A DNA stretch of 41,060 bases from a virus. Both the position numbers and the translations under genes were made by a program. The stretch covers positions 1-41,060 of IMG/VR virus record IMGVR_UViG_3300023181_000018; one strand, written 5' to 3'. Positions 13,927 to 22,658 of this stretch are shown here, piece by piece. How positions within the stretch are numbered: position 1 is the stretch's first letter; each line of letters starts with the position of its first letter. The notes under the pieces were generated by a model, which searched no databases, had not been told where the DNA came from, and saw only the letters and a list, made by a program, of their open reading frames with translations.

Positions 13927-14247
13927 TTAAGGGTTGTTTGTTATGCCATATTTATTATAAATGGCTTGTTTCTGTTCTTGATACTGACTTCTTTTAAAAT
14001 CATATTCATTCTGTATTTCTTCTGGAATTGGAACGCCCCGCATCATAAGTTTTTGAGTATGCTCGAATATCAATGAAGATATTTCTGAACGTGTCTGATT
14101 CCTCAATGATTCTATTTCGGTTTCAGCCTGTATGTATTTTGGGTCTTCAATTTCAATTTCAATTATTTCCCAAGATTGGTTTAAATCTTCCTTAACTAAA
14201 CTTTCTTCAAATCCACCATCGGGATTTATCGCTCTATATTTTTTCAT
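13927..14247 (-). CDS. hypothetical protein (106 aa) directly downstream of the tail fibre (possible assembly factor)
   Basis: ATG overlapping the fibre stop. The functional suggestion rests on position only. Confidence 0.6.
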   Translation of the reverse strand: MKKYRAINPDGGFEESLVKEDLNQSWEIIEIEIEDPKYIQAETEIESLRNQTRSEISSLIFEHTQKLMMRGVPIPEEIQNEYDFKRSQYQEQKQAIYNKYGITNNP

Positions 14248-15695
14248 CAGAAATATTTTAAGAAGTTAGGTTTTTTAGAAAATGTCATTACCCTGGCTAA
14301 TTGGCATAGATAATTTGATGTAGCAATAGGAGCTATACAGTTCAATGATATTCTTGCTGCTCTCCAACTTGAACCAGTTACGGAAAGTGGTATGTTTGAA
14401 GTTACGGTAACATTATAAACAACCGCACCTGTGAGTAAATTTCTTATCTTGCATCTTACAGATGAAGCAGATTCTACTTCGAACATAACATAAAGCCAAT
14501 CCGAGGCGCTTGTCAATGTTAAAGGCGCAGCTGTGCTAACGGTAGATGTCAAAGAACAGCTAAACGATAACTGATTGTCAACTATTTCGATATATATGCC
14601 GTTTAGAGATGGGTCGTTTGGATTTGTGCCCTGCAATTCTACCAAACCAAAACGCCCTTTTACGTTTGTTAGCTGGCAAACATTTATTACAAAGAACATA
14701 ACGCTACCTACATAGACAGGATTGTTTCCCGATACACCTACAGAATAACCAGTATTGGCATTTGAAGCATTACCCCTTATAGTCCAACACTCCAAAATAT
14801 CGCTAGGACGGGTAAGCCTTAATGCGGGATCAATCGAACCGGATGTTTGTGCAAGTGTTCCACTTGCAAAAGCCGATATGTTCATGGGATAAGTAGCAAG
14901 AGTTGTATTGAATGAAAAATCAAAGAAATGCTGTTGCATATAATCGATTATATCCTCCTTTAATGCCAAAGCATCGAATACAGCGTTTTGGCTTGGCGCT
15001 TTGTCTGTTGTTCCGTCCGATATGCTGTCCTGTACTTTTGAATCAGCGTAACCGTTGGCGTTTGTGTTGGGTGAATTATCACCTGTATTTGTTCCCGATA
15101 GGTTTGAGCCCCCAACAGTTCCGACTGCCGAAACGGAATCGGGTGTTATGTTCCCTAACCCGATTATAGGCGTGGTTGTTCCTGTGGCAACCGTAACACC
15201 ATCTGTTCCAGTAACTTCTGTTACTGTTCCCGCACCTGCAACAGCAGTAGATATTTCATCAACTATTTTATCACTACTCCAAGTTGTATTTGTACCTGTT
15301 AATCCATCATTAATTATGTCATATATTGTCAACATAGACACCCAAATAATACCGTTATATTGCCATAGCTTAACAGGGTTGTTCAACAAGTCCTTTTCTA
15401 TGTAGAAATCTGCAATATTATATTCTCCTGGTGGTGTTGTATTAGGATTGTTTGTACCCTCGTAAAGCCTTATTCCTGCATCGGATATTGTGCCAAACAT
15501 ATTATAAACCTCATTTATGGCATTTACCAAATTAGTCTGGTCAGCTGTCTGAAGCTGTGACAATACACCAATAAGAAGGTTAGGCTGTTTTACCATTTCC
15601 TCCAATATAGGATTTAGCACGTTTGCCGTTATCTCATTGTTACCGTTGGCTACAATGAAAGCGTTTATCAAGTCTAAAACTTCCTGCTCTGTCAT
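14247..15695 (-). CDS. tail fibre / receptor-binding protein
   Basis: Gly/Thr-rich stalk GTVTEVTGTDGVTVATGTTTPIIGLGNITP and fibre motif DKAPSQNAVFDAL. The N-terminal motif ANGNNEITANVLNPILEE is shared with the 18157..18714 protein. Confidence 0.65.
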   Translation of the reverse strand: MTEQEVLDLINAFIVANGNNEITANVLNPILEEMVKQPNLLIGVLSQLQTADQTNLVNAINEVYNMFGTISDAGIRLYEGTNNPNTTPPGEYNIADFYIEKDLLNNPVKLWQYNGIIWVSMLTIYDIINDGLTGTNTTWSSDKIVDEISTAVAGAGTVTEVTGTDGVTVATGTTTPIIGLGNITPDSVSAVGTVGGSNLSGTNTGDNSPNTNANGYADSKVQDSISDGTTDKAPSQNAVFDALALKEDIIDYMQQHFFDFSFNTTLATYPMNISAFASGTLAQTSGSIDPALRLTRPSDILECWTIRGNASNANTGYSVGVSGNNPVYVGSVMFFVINVCQLTNVKGRFGLVELQGTNPNDPSLNGIYIEIVDNQLSFSCSLTSTVSTAAPLTLTSASDWLYVMFEVESASSVRCKIRNLLTGAVVYNVTVTSNIPLSVTGSSWRAARISLNCIAPIATSNYLCQLARVMTFSKKPNFLKYF

Positions 15696-16336
15696 ATTAT
15701 TTCCTGATTATTGAAATCATCGTTAAAGTCATTATTGAAATCTCCGTTGATGTCAAAGATAACATCTTGGAAATTATTGTCGAAATCTTCCTGCTCTGTA
15801 TCACGTGAAGATTTATAGATTAGTGGCGGTAAATCCTCCAAAGAATCATTTAGTGAATTAAGCTTTATTACAGCTCCACCGCTTCCATTATGTGGGTCAT
15901 AATTATAATTTGCCGTAGACAATCCAAACTCAAAACCAAACACCTCAATCGTACCATCGTAGTACTGACAAACGGCAAAATAATCTGAATAGTCCAATTG
16001 TGTGAACAAACATTTTATAGCCTCTGAAACTCCCAAAACAACGATATTAACAGAATGATTATATTGCGGTATGTTTTCGATCATTGTCTTTTCGAAAGTC
16101 CCGAATATACTGCTTGAGTTTTCGTTTATTGTAAACCTGAAACCTGAACGGCTATCAATTAGATTAAAAAAAACCCTGTTGTAGCAATCATAGTTTTCTT
16201 CTATATCTATTCGTGAAGTGACAATACGTTTATTTAAAATATCGGCACGGTTTACAAGTACCACCTGTTGATAGTACTTCTTTGAAACGCTCACGCAATC
16301 CAAATTCAATCCCTGCCTTAACTGTTCACAACTCAT
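15692..16336 (-). CDS. virion structural protein, paralogue B (214 aa)
   Basis: Full-length similarity to 18714..19319 (KKYYQQVVLVNR vs RKYYQQLVLINR; GFRFTINENSSSI vs GYRFTANESGSSI; IEVFGFEFGL vs IEIFGLYNGL). It has a D/N/F-rich repetitive C-terminal tail. Confidence 0.6.
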   Translation of the reverse strand: MSCEQLRQGLNLDCVSVSKKYYQQVVLVNRADILNKRIVTSRIDIEENYDCYNRVFFNLIDSRSGFRFTINENSSSIFGTFEKTMIENIPQYNHSVNIVVLGVSEAIKCLFTQLDYSDYFAVCQYYDGTIEVFGFEFGLSTANYNYDPHNGSGGAVIKLNSLNDSLEDLPPLIYKSSRDTEQEDFDNNFQDVIFDINGDFNNDFNDDFNNQEII

Positions 16337-16968
16337 CTTCTTGGCTTGCTAATGTTTGAACTCCTGAAACCGTAACCCTTTGCCTTTGTGCCTCCGCATT
16401 TATCAGAACCGCAACCGCAGTATCCGCATTCCTTTGCATCGAACCAATCGAAAGTAGTTTTATTGGCACAAAGGAAATGCAATGTACCATCAAATGCAAT
16501 TTTACCCATGTTTCGGTATTTATCCGCGTACATTTGCAATTGCTTCAAATCAACAGGCAAGGAAAAATCATTTGTTTTTTGAACCAATCCTGAAGCCGTA
16601 TCTGAATAACCGTTAATTATTAAATAACGTGAGTATGAATAGTATATTAAAACAGTCTTAACCCCTTGATGTTTGATTGTCTTACCCTTGCAATTATCAT
16701 AAGTTCCTCCTAATATTAAATTACGCTTCAATTCGTAGTCTATCGGTTGGTCTGGTGGAGTATCGCATTCAGGATCTTCTTCACATTCTATAAGAGCCAA
16801 TTCATAGGCTAAAATCTCGTTCCATATATCCAAAACATCACTCCAAAACGAACAATAAAGCTGTGATAAATCAAATTGCAAAGCCTCGTTTTCAGCAATG
16901 CAAAGTTTTTCATTGTCACAATGCTGTGCAACCTGTCCTATGCAATTATAATCTAGTTTTACTAACAT
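16333..16968 (-). CDS. cysteine-rich structural-module protein (211 aa)
   Basis: Many Cys residues, including CGYCGCGSDKCGG near the C-terminus. ATGA overlaps on both sides. Confidence 0.6.
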   Translation of the reverse strand: MLVKLDYNCIGQVAQHCDNEKLCIAENEALQFDLSQLYCSFWSDVLDIWNEILAYELALIECEEDPECDTPPDQPIDYELKRNLILGGTYDNCKGKTIKHQGVKTVLIYYSYSRYLIINGYSDTASGLVQKTNDFSLPVDLKQLQMYADKYRNMGKIAFDGTLHFLCANKTTFDWFDAKECGYCGCGSDKCGGTKAKGYGFRSSNISKPRR

Positions 16969-16972
16969 AATT

Positions 16973-18157
16973 TTAAAGGCTTGGAATTAATATTTCTTTT
17001 TGAATTATTGGCTTAATCTCGCAAGGAAAACCTAAATAAGTAAGGGTTTCTGAAAGCTTCCATCTTTCGTCTTCGGTCTGCTCGTTGTAGAAAATCTTTG
17101 CCTGTTCGTAAGCTTCTCCCGATGTACCGAAAAGTGTTCCTGAATTTGATAAAACAAGTATTTCAGGAATAGAATTGAATGCGCCCAAAATGGAAACCTT
17201 TAAATCTTTTTTCATTTCTGAAAACAATTTGGGGTCAAGGTTTGGTTTAAGCTGAAGTACGTGCATTGTTTTAGTAATATCTTCAGCCGTTGCCAAATCA
17301 AGTCTAAATAATGATTCCGTATCTTCTCCATCCGCACCCATCCATAAGGAAATGTTTTTATTAACCGCATCTATCTGCTCTTCATCGATACCTTGAGTAA
17401 TAATTGCAGTTTTTCCCAAGAAACCTCCTCTTACCTCACGATTCTCATAAAGTGAAATACGATATTCAGTATCTGCATCGTTATAATTTGGATCGATTGG
17501 CGCTAAAGCATATTTGTACTCCGGAGTTAGGTTAAGATAAAAAACCTGGCCCTTGTAATAAGGTAGCATTTCAGCTATATTTTCGGTAGGTTCACCTTTT
17601 TTTTCTTCGTAATCAGACTTAATCTGTGCCAATATTACATCCTTATTCTTATTGAAAGGATAGAACCATTTTTCATCTGTCTTTTTGTTGTTTCCGAATG
17701 TTTTTTTTTCGCAGTAATCACGGTAATATATCTTGCCATCATACTTATCATCATCTTCTTTTGCTATACGGCATTTAGTATAATCCAAAACATCAAGAGA
17801 ACGGGCAACAACTCCTGTCAAATCATCATTTAAACCAAAGCCAACGTGAATAAAAACTCCACCCTGCTTTGCCATATTCTGACCACATATAGAAATAACA
17901 TTTGAAAGTTTGTAGTTTTTAGCCTTGTTTACGATAACGTCCTGGCTTTCCAAAACTAATCCCTTACCCGAAATGTATTTACCCATAATCCTGGATGCAC
18001 GTGATGCGGTCGGACTGTTGTTGACTATCCTTTCAATCCTGTTTGGATAAAGGTTATCAACATCATTCCAATAAACATCCCCATCCTTTTTATCCTCTTT
18101 CAAGGGTATGATTCTGGAGAATAATTCTATAAGAGTGGCACGAATAGATGTAGACAT
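16973..18157 (-). CDS. probable portal protein
   Basis: The C-terminal segment DLKVSILGAFNSIPEILVLSNSGTLFGTSGEAYEQAKIFYNEQTEDERWKLSETLTYL fits the ...afgvP..l....s...e.a...f...t...r pattern of HK97-family portals (from memory). It is the only mixed alpha/beta acidic protein of suitable size in the window. Confidence 0.55.
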   Translation of the reverse strand: MSTSIRATLIELFSRIIPLKEDKKDGDVYWNDVDNLYPNRIERIVNNSPTASRASRIMGKYISGKGLVLESQDVIVNKAKNYKLSNVISICGQNMAKQGGVFIHVGFGLNDDLTGVVARSLDVLDYTKCRIAKEDDDKYDGKIYYRDYCEKKTFGNNKKTDEKWFYPFNKNKDVILAQIKSDYEEKKGEPTENIAEMLPYYKGQVFYLNLTPEYKYALAPIDPNYNDADTEYRISLYENREVRGGFLGKTAIITQGIDEEQIDAVNKNISLWMGADGEDTESLFRLDLATAEDITKTMHVLQLKPNLDPKLFSEMKKDLKVSILGAFNSIPEILVLSNSGTLFGTSGEAYEQAKIFYNEQTEDERWKLSETLTYLGFPCEIKPIIQKEILIPSL

Positions 18158-18714
18158 TAGTTTTTAGGTTTAGTCGTTCTTTTTTTTCGTTCCTTTTTTA
18201 CAGGAATAACTTGTTTAGTTTCAATGATTTCATCCAATATAGGATTTAGTACATTGGCTGTTATTTCATTATCACCGTTTGCTATAACTGTTTCCGTTGC
18301 GGTTTCTTTTTCTTTTTCTTCTTCTTCTTCAGGCAGAACAGAAAACAATTCCTTACGCTTTTCAATTTCTTCAGGTGTTCCGTAAGTCAGAAAGTTTTTA
18401 ACGAACTCTTCTGTAAAGTTATTATCGTAGCTTCTGAAAGTCCTTTTATCAATACGATAAGCAAATATCTTATTCTGTATTTTCTTTAATTTGAAAGTAT
18501 TTTTCATCTTGATTTCTTTGGTGTTTAAAGTTACTAAATTTACACCATTTTTTACCTTTGAAACAAACTTTTTCCAATCACTTGAAAACGTACATCCGGC
18601 ACAGTTAGGGCGTGTTCCAAAAACAGTATAAAACGATTCTATATAAAAAGCCATAAGGTTAGAATCTCTCCTAACCTTATCACTATTTATTAATATCAGT
18701 TCTTGAATATCCAT
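18157..18714 (-). CDS. hypothetical structural-module protein (185 aa)
   Basis: TAATG overlaps on both sides. The C-terminal motif ANGDNEITANVLNPILDE is shared with the fibre N-terminus. It has a Glu-rich linker and a basic tail. Confidence 0.6.
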   Translation of the reverse strand: MDIQELILINSDKVRRDSNLMAFYIESFYTVFGTRPNCAGCTFSSDWKKFVSKVKNGVNLVTLNTKEIKMKNTFKLKKIQNKIFAYRIDKRTFRSYDNNFTEEFVKNFLTYGTPEEIEKRKELFSVLPEEEEEKEKETATETVIANGDNEITANVLNPILDEIIETKQVIPVKKERKKRTTKPKN

Positions 18715-19319
18715 TATACGCTTGGAGCTTCATTAGAAAAGTTCGCATCAAAATCGGCAATCTCTGAACCCGCAGGATTTGATTTATAAACGAATGGCAA
18801 GAATGATTCTTGATTATCTTCCAAGTTTGAAAGCGTAATCAAAGTACCGCCTCCACCCTCTTGGGTATCGAAAGTATAATCCCCTGTGGTAAGTCCATTG
18901 TACAATCCGAAAATCTCAATTGTGTTTCCGTTCTGGAGTGCTGCAACAAAATTTCCTTTATCCAAAGCGGAAAGGATACATTTTGACTCCTCAAGCACGT
19001 TCATAATCAAAGCCTGTACCTGATGATTGTATTGCAGGTTCCCGTTATCGTCACGTGATTTGTCAAAGAAGCCTTTTATTGATGAACCGCTTTCGTTGGC
19101 AGTAAATCTATATCCTGTTTCTCCATCTTTCAATGAGAATTGTACATTGTATGCACATTCAGGAGCTTCTTCGGTAGGAACGGTTACAACAATCGAATCG
19201 GGGTCGATAGAACTCCTATTGATTAAAACCAATTGCTGATAATATTTTCTTTGAACTACGGTAAGGCAAGAATTATCTTGCCCTGCCGTTAATGTTCCAC
19301 AAATACTTGTTAAAGCCAT
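18714..19319 (-). CDS. virion structural protein, paralogue A (201 aa)
   Basis: Homologous along its whole length to 15692..16336. It lies directly downstream of the capsid gene. Confidence 0.6.
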   Translation of the reverse strand: MALTSICGTLTAGQDNSCLTVVQRKYYQQLVLINRSSIDPDSIVVTVPTEEAPECAYNVQFSLKDGETGYRFTANESGSSIKGFFDKSRDDNGNLQYNHQVQALIMNVLEESKCILSALDKGNFVAALQNGNTIEIFGLYNGLTTGDYTFDTQEGGGGTLITLSNLEDNQESFLPFVYKSNPAGSEIADFDANFSNEAPSV

Positions 19320-19339
19320 AGTATTTTATTTTTTAAAGA

Positions 19340-20443
19340 TTAAACTGATGGAGGTGTTGCACCCATTCCTGCTAAAATAAATGAATCCAAAGGCACACCT
19401 ACTCCGAAAAGACTTGCCCCTTTTACATAGATTTCATCTTCTCTTTCATCATAACCTACTTTGAATCTTTTCAAGGTATCTTCTGTTTCGTAACCCAAAA
19501 TCATATTTTCTCTACGAGTTAAAATGATTCTGTTTTTATCAACATACAATCCTGTTGCCGGGTCATACAGCTCTTCAACAGATTTCATTGCATCCAAAAA
19601 TGGCATAGGCTCGATTGGAATACCGAACACTTGTAGGTTATCCCAAACAAACAATCTAGCTTGAGTAATTTTTGATACATCGATACAATCGCAATTGTAT
19701 AGTGATTTGTCTGAAGCTGTATTAAGGAATCCAGCTAAAAGCATAGCTAATCCCCTATCCATTCTCCAAACCATATTGGTAGGGTCAAACCAAGGTTGAA
19801 CAACTGCCTTATTATACATTTCTGTAAGGTAGTCGTAAAGATCCTGTCCTGTTGCAATATTCTGTGCAGAAGGTGTACCGCCTGAGTTTTCAGTAATGTC
19901 AACTCTGTTTTCAGCCGTTGCTCTTGCATCTAATTGAACAAAGAAACCATCATAACCATTGATTAAAGGATCTGTTGATTCTGAATCAGCAAAATAAGCA
20001 ACCCTGATTTCAGCGTTGAAATGTTTCTTTTGGAATCTTTCGATAATGAATTGAACTACTGCTGAATTAATATCATCAGAATTCATTTTTTTCCAAGTAT
20101 CAAAGAAAATCAAAAACTCATTGCTGAAGTTCTCCATACAGATTGTAAGTTCACATCCAATTTGACCTAACGTCCAAGTGTATGTTGACCAATTATCTGT
20201 AATATCACAAGATGGTAAAGTACAATTTCCTTCCGTAAAAGGGAAAGCACCAAAATCATTTTCATCTTGAAGGATAGGTAATTTGCTTCCTGACCTCACT
20301 TCTGGAAAGTTAGGGTGTGTATCCTTAATGTTTTTAACCGCAAATGTTTGAGTATAAATCAAATTTGCAATAGTCATTTTTTCAGTTTCGGTCAATCCGT
20401 TAAGTCCTGAAAGAATCGTGCTTAAGCTGTCGATATATGCCAT
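19340..20443 (-). CDS. probable major capsid protein
   Basis: 367 aa, starting 3 nt after the protease-scaffold gene. This is the canonical position for an HK97-fold capsid. I recognised no motif. Confidence 0.65.
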   Translation of the reverse strand: MAYIDSLSTILSGLNGLTETEKMTIANLIYTQTFAVKNIKDTHPNFPEVRSGSKLPILQDENDFGAFPFTEGNCTLPSCDITDNWSTYTWTLGQIGCELTICMENFSNEFLIFFDTWKKMNSDDINSAVVQFIIERFQKKHFNAEIRVAYFADSESTDPLINGYDGFFVQLDARATAENRVDITENSGGTPSAQNIATGQDLYDYLTEMYNKAVVQPWFDPTNMVWRMDRGLAMLLAGFLNTASDKSLYNCDCIDVSKITQARLFVWDNLQVFGIPIEPMPFLDAMKSVEELYDPATGLYVDKNRIILTRRENMILGYETEDTLKRFKVGYDEREDEIYVKGASLFGVGVPLDSFILAGMGATPPSV

Positions 20444-20446
20444 TTC

Positions 20447-21559
20447 TTATTTAGTTTTATTAGTTGATAATTTAGCAATTGCATCTGAAAAGTTGTTTTT
20501 CCCTTTTGCAACTTCTTTTTCTTTTGCTTTTTCCCCACCTTTTGGAGCAGACGCCGAAACAATACTTTTGTAGTTATTTATGATTGTTTCTTTTTTAGCA
20601 TTTTCAGCAGTCAATGTTTCAATCTGTTTTGCAGAAGCGTTAACCACTTGCTCAAGTTGAGCCGTCAAAGTGTCGATTTCTGCTTGCAATGCAACGGCAT
20701 ATTCACTTAAGGTTTCATCTGATGCTTCGATGATTTCAGTTAAAACCCCTGCTTCAAAAACATAAGTTTCGCCTGATTTCATTACGTAGCTTCCAGAAGC
20801 ATCTTGTCCGTCGATTCGAGCATTGGCTCCAACTTCTACAACTTCATCTTCTTCAAGTTCGTAGAAATCAACTTCTTTTTCATCGGCTGTCATAACCAAT
20901 TTGTTTACAGCCATAAGTCCAACAGACTTTAGAAAGGCTTCCGCTTTTGCCATAATACCTGGCGTTTTTTTGTTCTTATTCATATCAGTATCTAATTTAT
21001 TAGTATTAAATCTTTTTAATGCAACAGGTCTTAAGACTTCTTCAATTGAAGTGGCAAATCTTATTTTTACAGCTTCATCCAAACTAATGGTTGTTTCGTC
21101 TTCCATCAATTGCAAAGCCTCTTCAACAGATAAATCCGTATGCAATGCGTAATGTTGTGCTATTTTATTATTACATTCTGATAATTCAGCAGCAACACGT
21201 GTTAACCTTTTTGAATCTCCTTCTGTATAACACCAAGCATTATGCACAAAAGGCTCTGAATGACCTGCTAAAATCCTTTCATCTCCTGCTAAGAACATAA
21301 CAGTTGCAATTGAAGCTAACTGACTTTCTCCGTAAGTAATTACTTTTGCATCATTATTCTTTGCGTAATTTCTTAATTCGGTATAAATATCGAATCCTGT
21401 TCCAACATCACCACCGAAAGATTTAATTCTGACCTTAATATCCTTTCCTTCGGCTTCTTTTAATTGTTTCTGAACGCTTGAAAGATTTACATATCCGCTT
21501 TCAGAAAAGAAATCATCTTCAAATGGAATTACCTCACCGTATATCTTAATCTCGTGCAT
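20447..21559 (-). CDS. prohead protease (ClpP/S14-like) fused to a scaffold-like coiled-coil C-terminal half
   Basis: The N-terminal IKSFGGDVGTGFDIYTELRN ... SIATVMFLAGDERI pattern is typical of phage ClpP-type head maturation proteases. The C-terminal half is Ala/Glu/Lys-rich and helical. Confidence 0.8.
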   Translation of the reverse strand: MHEIKIYGEVIPFEDDFFSESGYVNLSSVQKQLKEAEGKDIKVRIKSFGGDVGTGFDIYTELRNYAKNNDAKVITYGESQLASIATVMFLAGDERILAGHSEPFVHNAWCYTEGDSKRLTRVAAELSECNNKIAQHYALHTDLSVEEALQLMEDETTISLDEAVKIRFATSIEEVLRPVALKRFNTNKLDTDMNKNKKTPGIMAKAEAFLKSVGLMAVNKLVMTADEKEVDFYELEEDEVVEVGANARIDGQDASGSYVMKSGETYVFEAGVLTEIIEASDETLSEYAVALQAEIDTLTAQLEQVVNASAKQIETLTAENAKKETIINNYKSIVSASAPKGGEKAKEKEVAKGKNNFSDAIAKLSTNKTK

Positions 21560-21639
21560 AATAAAATTTTTATAAAATTAGTATGTAATAGAATATTATT
21601 TTGTATTTTCGTTGTCATAATATTTAAACAAACAACACA

Positions 21640-21873
21640 ATGAAAAATATATTATTTTGTATTTCTGAAACTATCAAAAGTATATTGGAAATGTATAGAC
21701 ATTTTTCTGATGAGTACTTGGTAAAATCAAACGATGAAAATCTAAAATACTTATTAAAAACAAATAAGGATAAAATTATATTAGAAAAAACAGTAGATAC
21801 TTTACTTAAAAATTGTTACGGAAAACCAATTGAGATAACATTAAACGGAAAAAGAGTTTCCGTATCAATTTAA
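21640..21873 (+). CDS. hypothetical protein (77 aa), plus-strand island gene 1
   Basis: ATG with an A-rich leader. The next gene starts 10 nt after its stop. It is one of only two credible plus-strand genes. Confidence 0.6.
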   Translation: MKNILFCISETIKSILEMYRHFSDEYLVKSNDENLKYLLKTNKDKIILEKTVDTLLKNCYGKPIEITLNGKRVSVSI

Positions 21874-21883
21874 TTTAAAATAT

Positions 21884-22111
21884 ATGAAGTTTTTATTTAA
21901 TTTAGGATACGAAGTTTTATATTATTTTTACAATACCAAATGTGATAAACAATTGGAAGATTTAGCTTATAAAAAAACAAGTGAACGTATAGATGATTTT
22001 ATTTTACTTCAAATTCAAGTTTCAGAAATGCAACAAGATAAAATTGATGCCGAAAAGTTTTATGAAAATAATCCTTGCAATGTTCCTTATATAAAAAAAA
22101 CCACTCAATAA
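21884..22111 (+). CDS. hypothetical protein (75 aa), plus-strand island gene 2
   Basis: ATG ORF. Its stop codon lies inside the loop of the bidirectional terminator. Confidence 0.6.
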   Translation: MKFLFNLGYEVLYYFYNTKCDKQLEDLAYKKTSERIDDFILLQIQVSEMQQDKIDAEKFYENNPCNVPYIKKTTQ

Positions 22112-22124
22112 CGAGTGGTTTTTT
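22093..22124. terminator. Bidirectional rho-independent terminator between convergent units
   Basis: A8-CCACTC-aataac-GAGTGG-T6 (stem 22101-22106 / 22113-22118). Confidence 0.8.
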
Positions 22125-22146
22125 ATTCTCCTTTATTTTAAATTAA

Positions 22147-22380
22147 TTATGTATTCTTTTGCATTTCCCTAATTGACTTCCTGACTGTTGAAACACTTAT
22201 CTTGCACCTATCTGCAACAATAGAATAACGTTTCATTGGCTTGCTTTCATATTCTGAAACAGATAAGTAAAGCTTATAAATTTCATAGTTTTGCATCACT
22301 GATAAAGGAATCAAACCAATCTTAATATCGTGGTTTATTCTTTTTATATTCTTTGAAATGTAGTCTGCTACTTTTCCCAT
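22147..22380 (-). CDS. small HTH DNA-binding protein (Mor / sigma-region-4-like), last gene of the tail operon
   Basis: The C-terminal RYSIVADRCKISVSTVRKSIREMQ is HTH-like, preceded by YEIYKLY as in Mor-type activators (from memory). Confidence 0.5.
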   Translation of the reverse strand: MGKVADYISKNIKRINHDIKIGLIPLSVMQNYEIYKLYLSVSEYESKPMKRYSIVADRCKISVSTVRKSIREMQKNT

Positions 22381-22658
22381 TTATCGCATGTTTCAATTGA
22401 TTGTCTTAATTTATAACTCAAAGTGCAACCGCACGAATCGCACATCTTATTTGATAACTCTGGAATTGATTTGTCAATTACCTTTAAAAATGAAATAGGT
22501 TCATCTACATACATCGGGCAACCTATACAAGTTTTCATTCGTTCCTTCGCCAATATTTCAACATCAATGTTAGGATGATTTAAATTATTAATTCCCTCAA
22601 ATATTGGATCAATTCCAATATTTACCAAAGATACTATTTTCTTTTTAAAACTTTGCAT
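22368..22658 (-). CDS. cysteine-rich putative zinc-binding protein (96 aa)
   Basis: CIGCP ... CDSCGC ... C pattern, with overlaps on both sides. Confidence 0.6.
   Translation of the reverse strand: MQSFKKKIVSLVNIGIDPIFEGINNLNHPNIDVEILAKERMKTCIGCPMYVDEPISFLKVIDKSIPELSNKMCDSCGCTLSYKLRQSIETCDKWEK

Noticed and set aside
15707-15742. Tandem-like DNA repeat ATTATTGAAATC (15707..15718 and 15731..15742) as a possible CRISPR, VNTR or regulatory repeat
   Set aside because: It lies in the coding 3' end of 15692..16336 and simply encodes the repetitive D-F-N-N tail. There are only two copies and no spacer architecture.
19747-19929. 60-aa minus-strand ORF inside the capsid gene
   Set aside because: It is an alternative frame entirely within the 367-aa capsid ORF.
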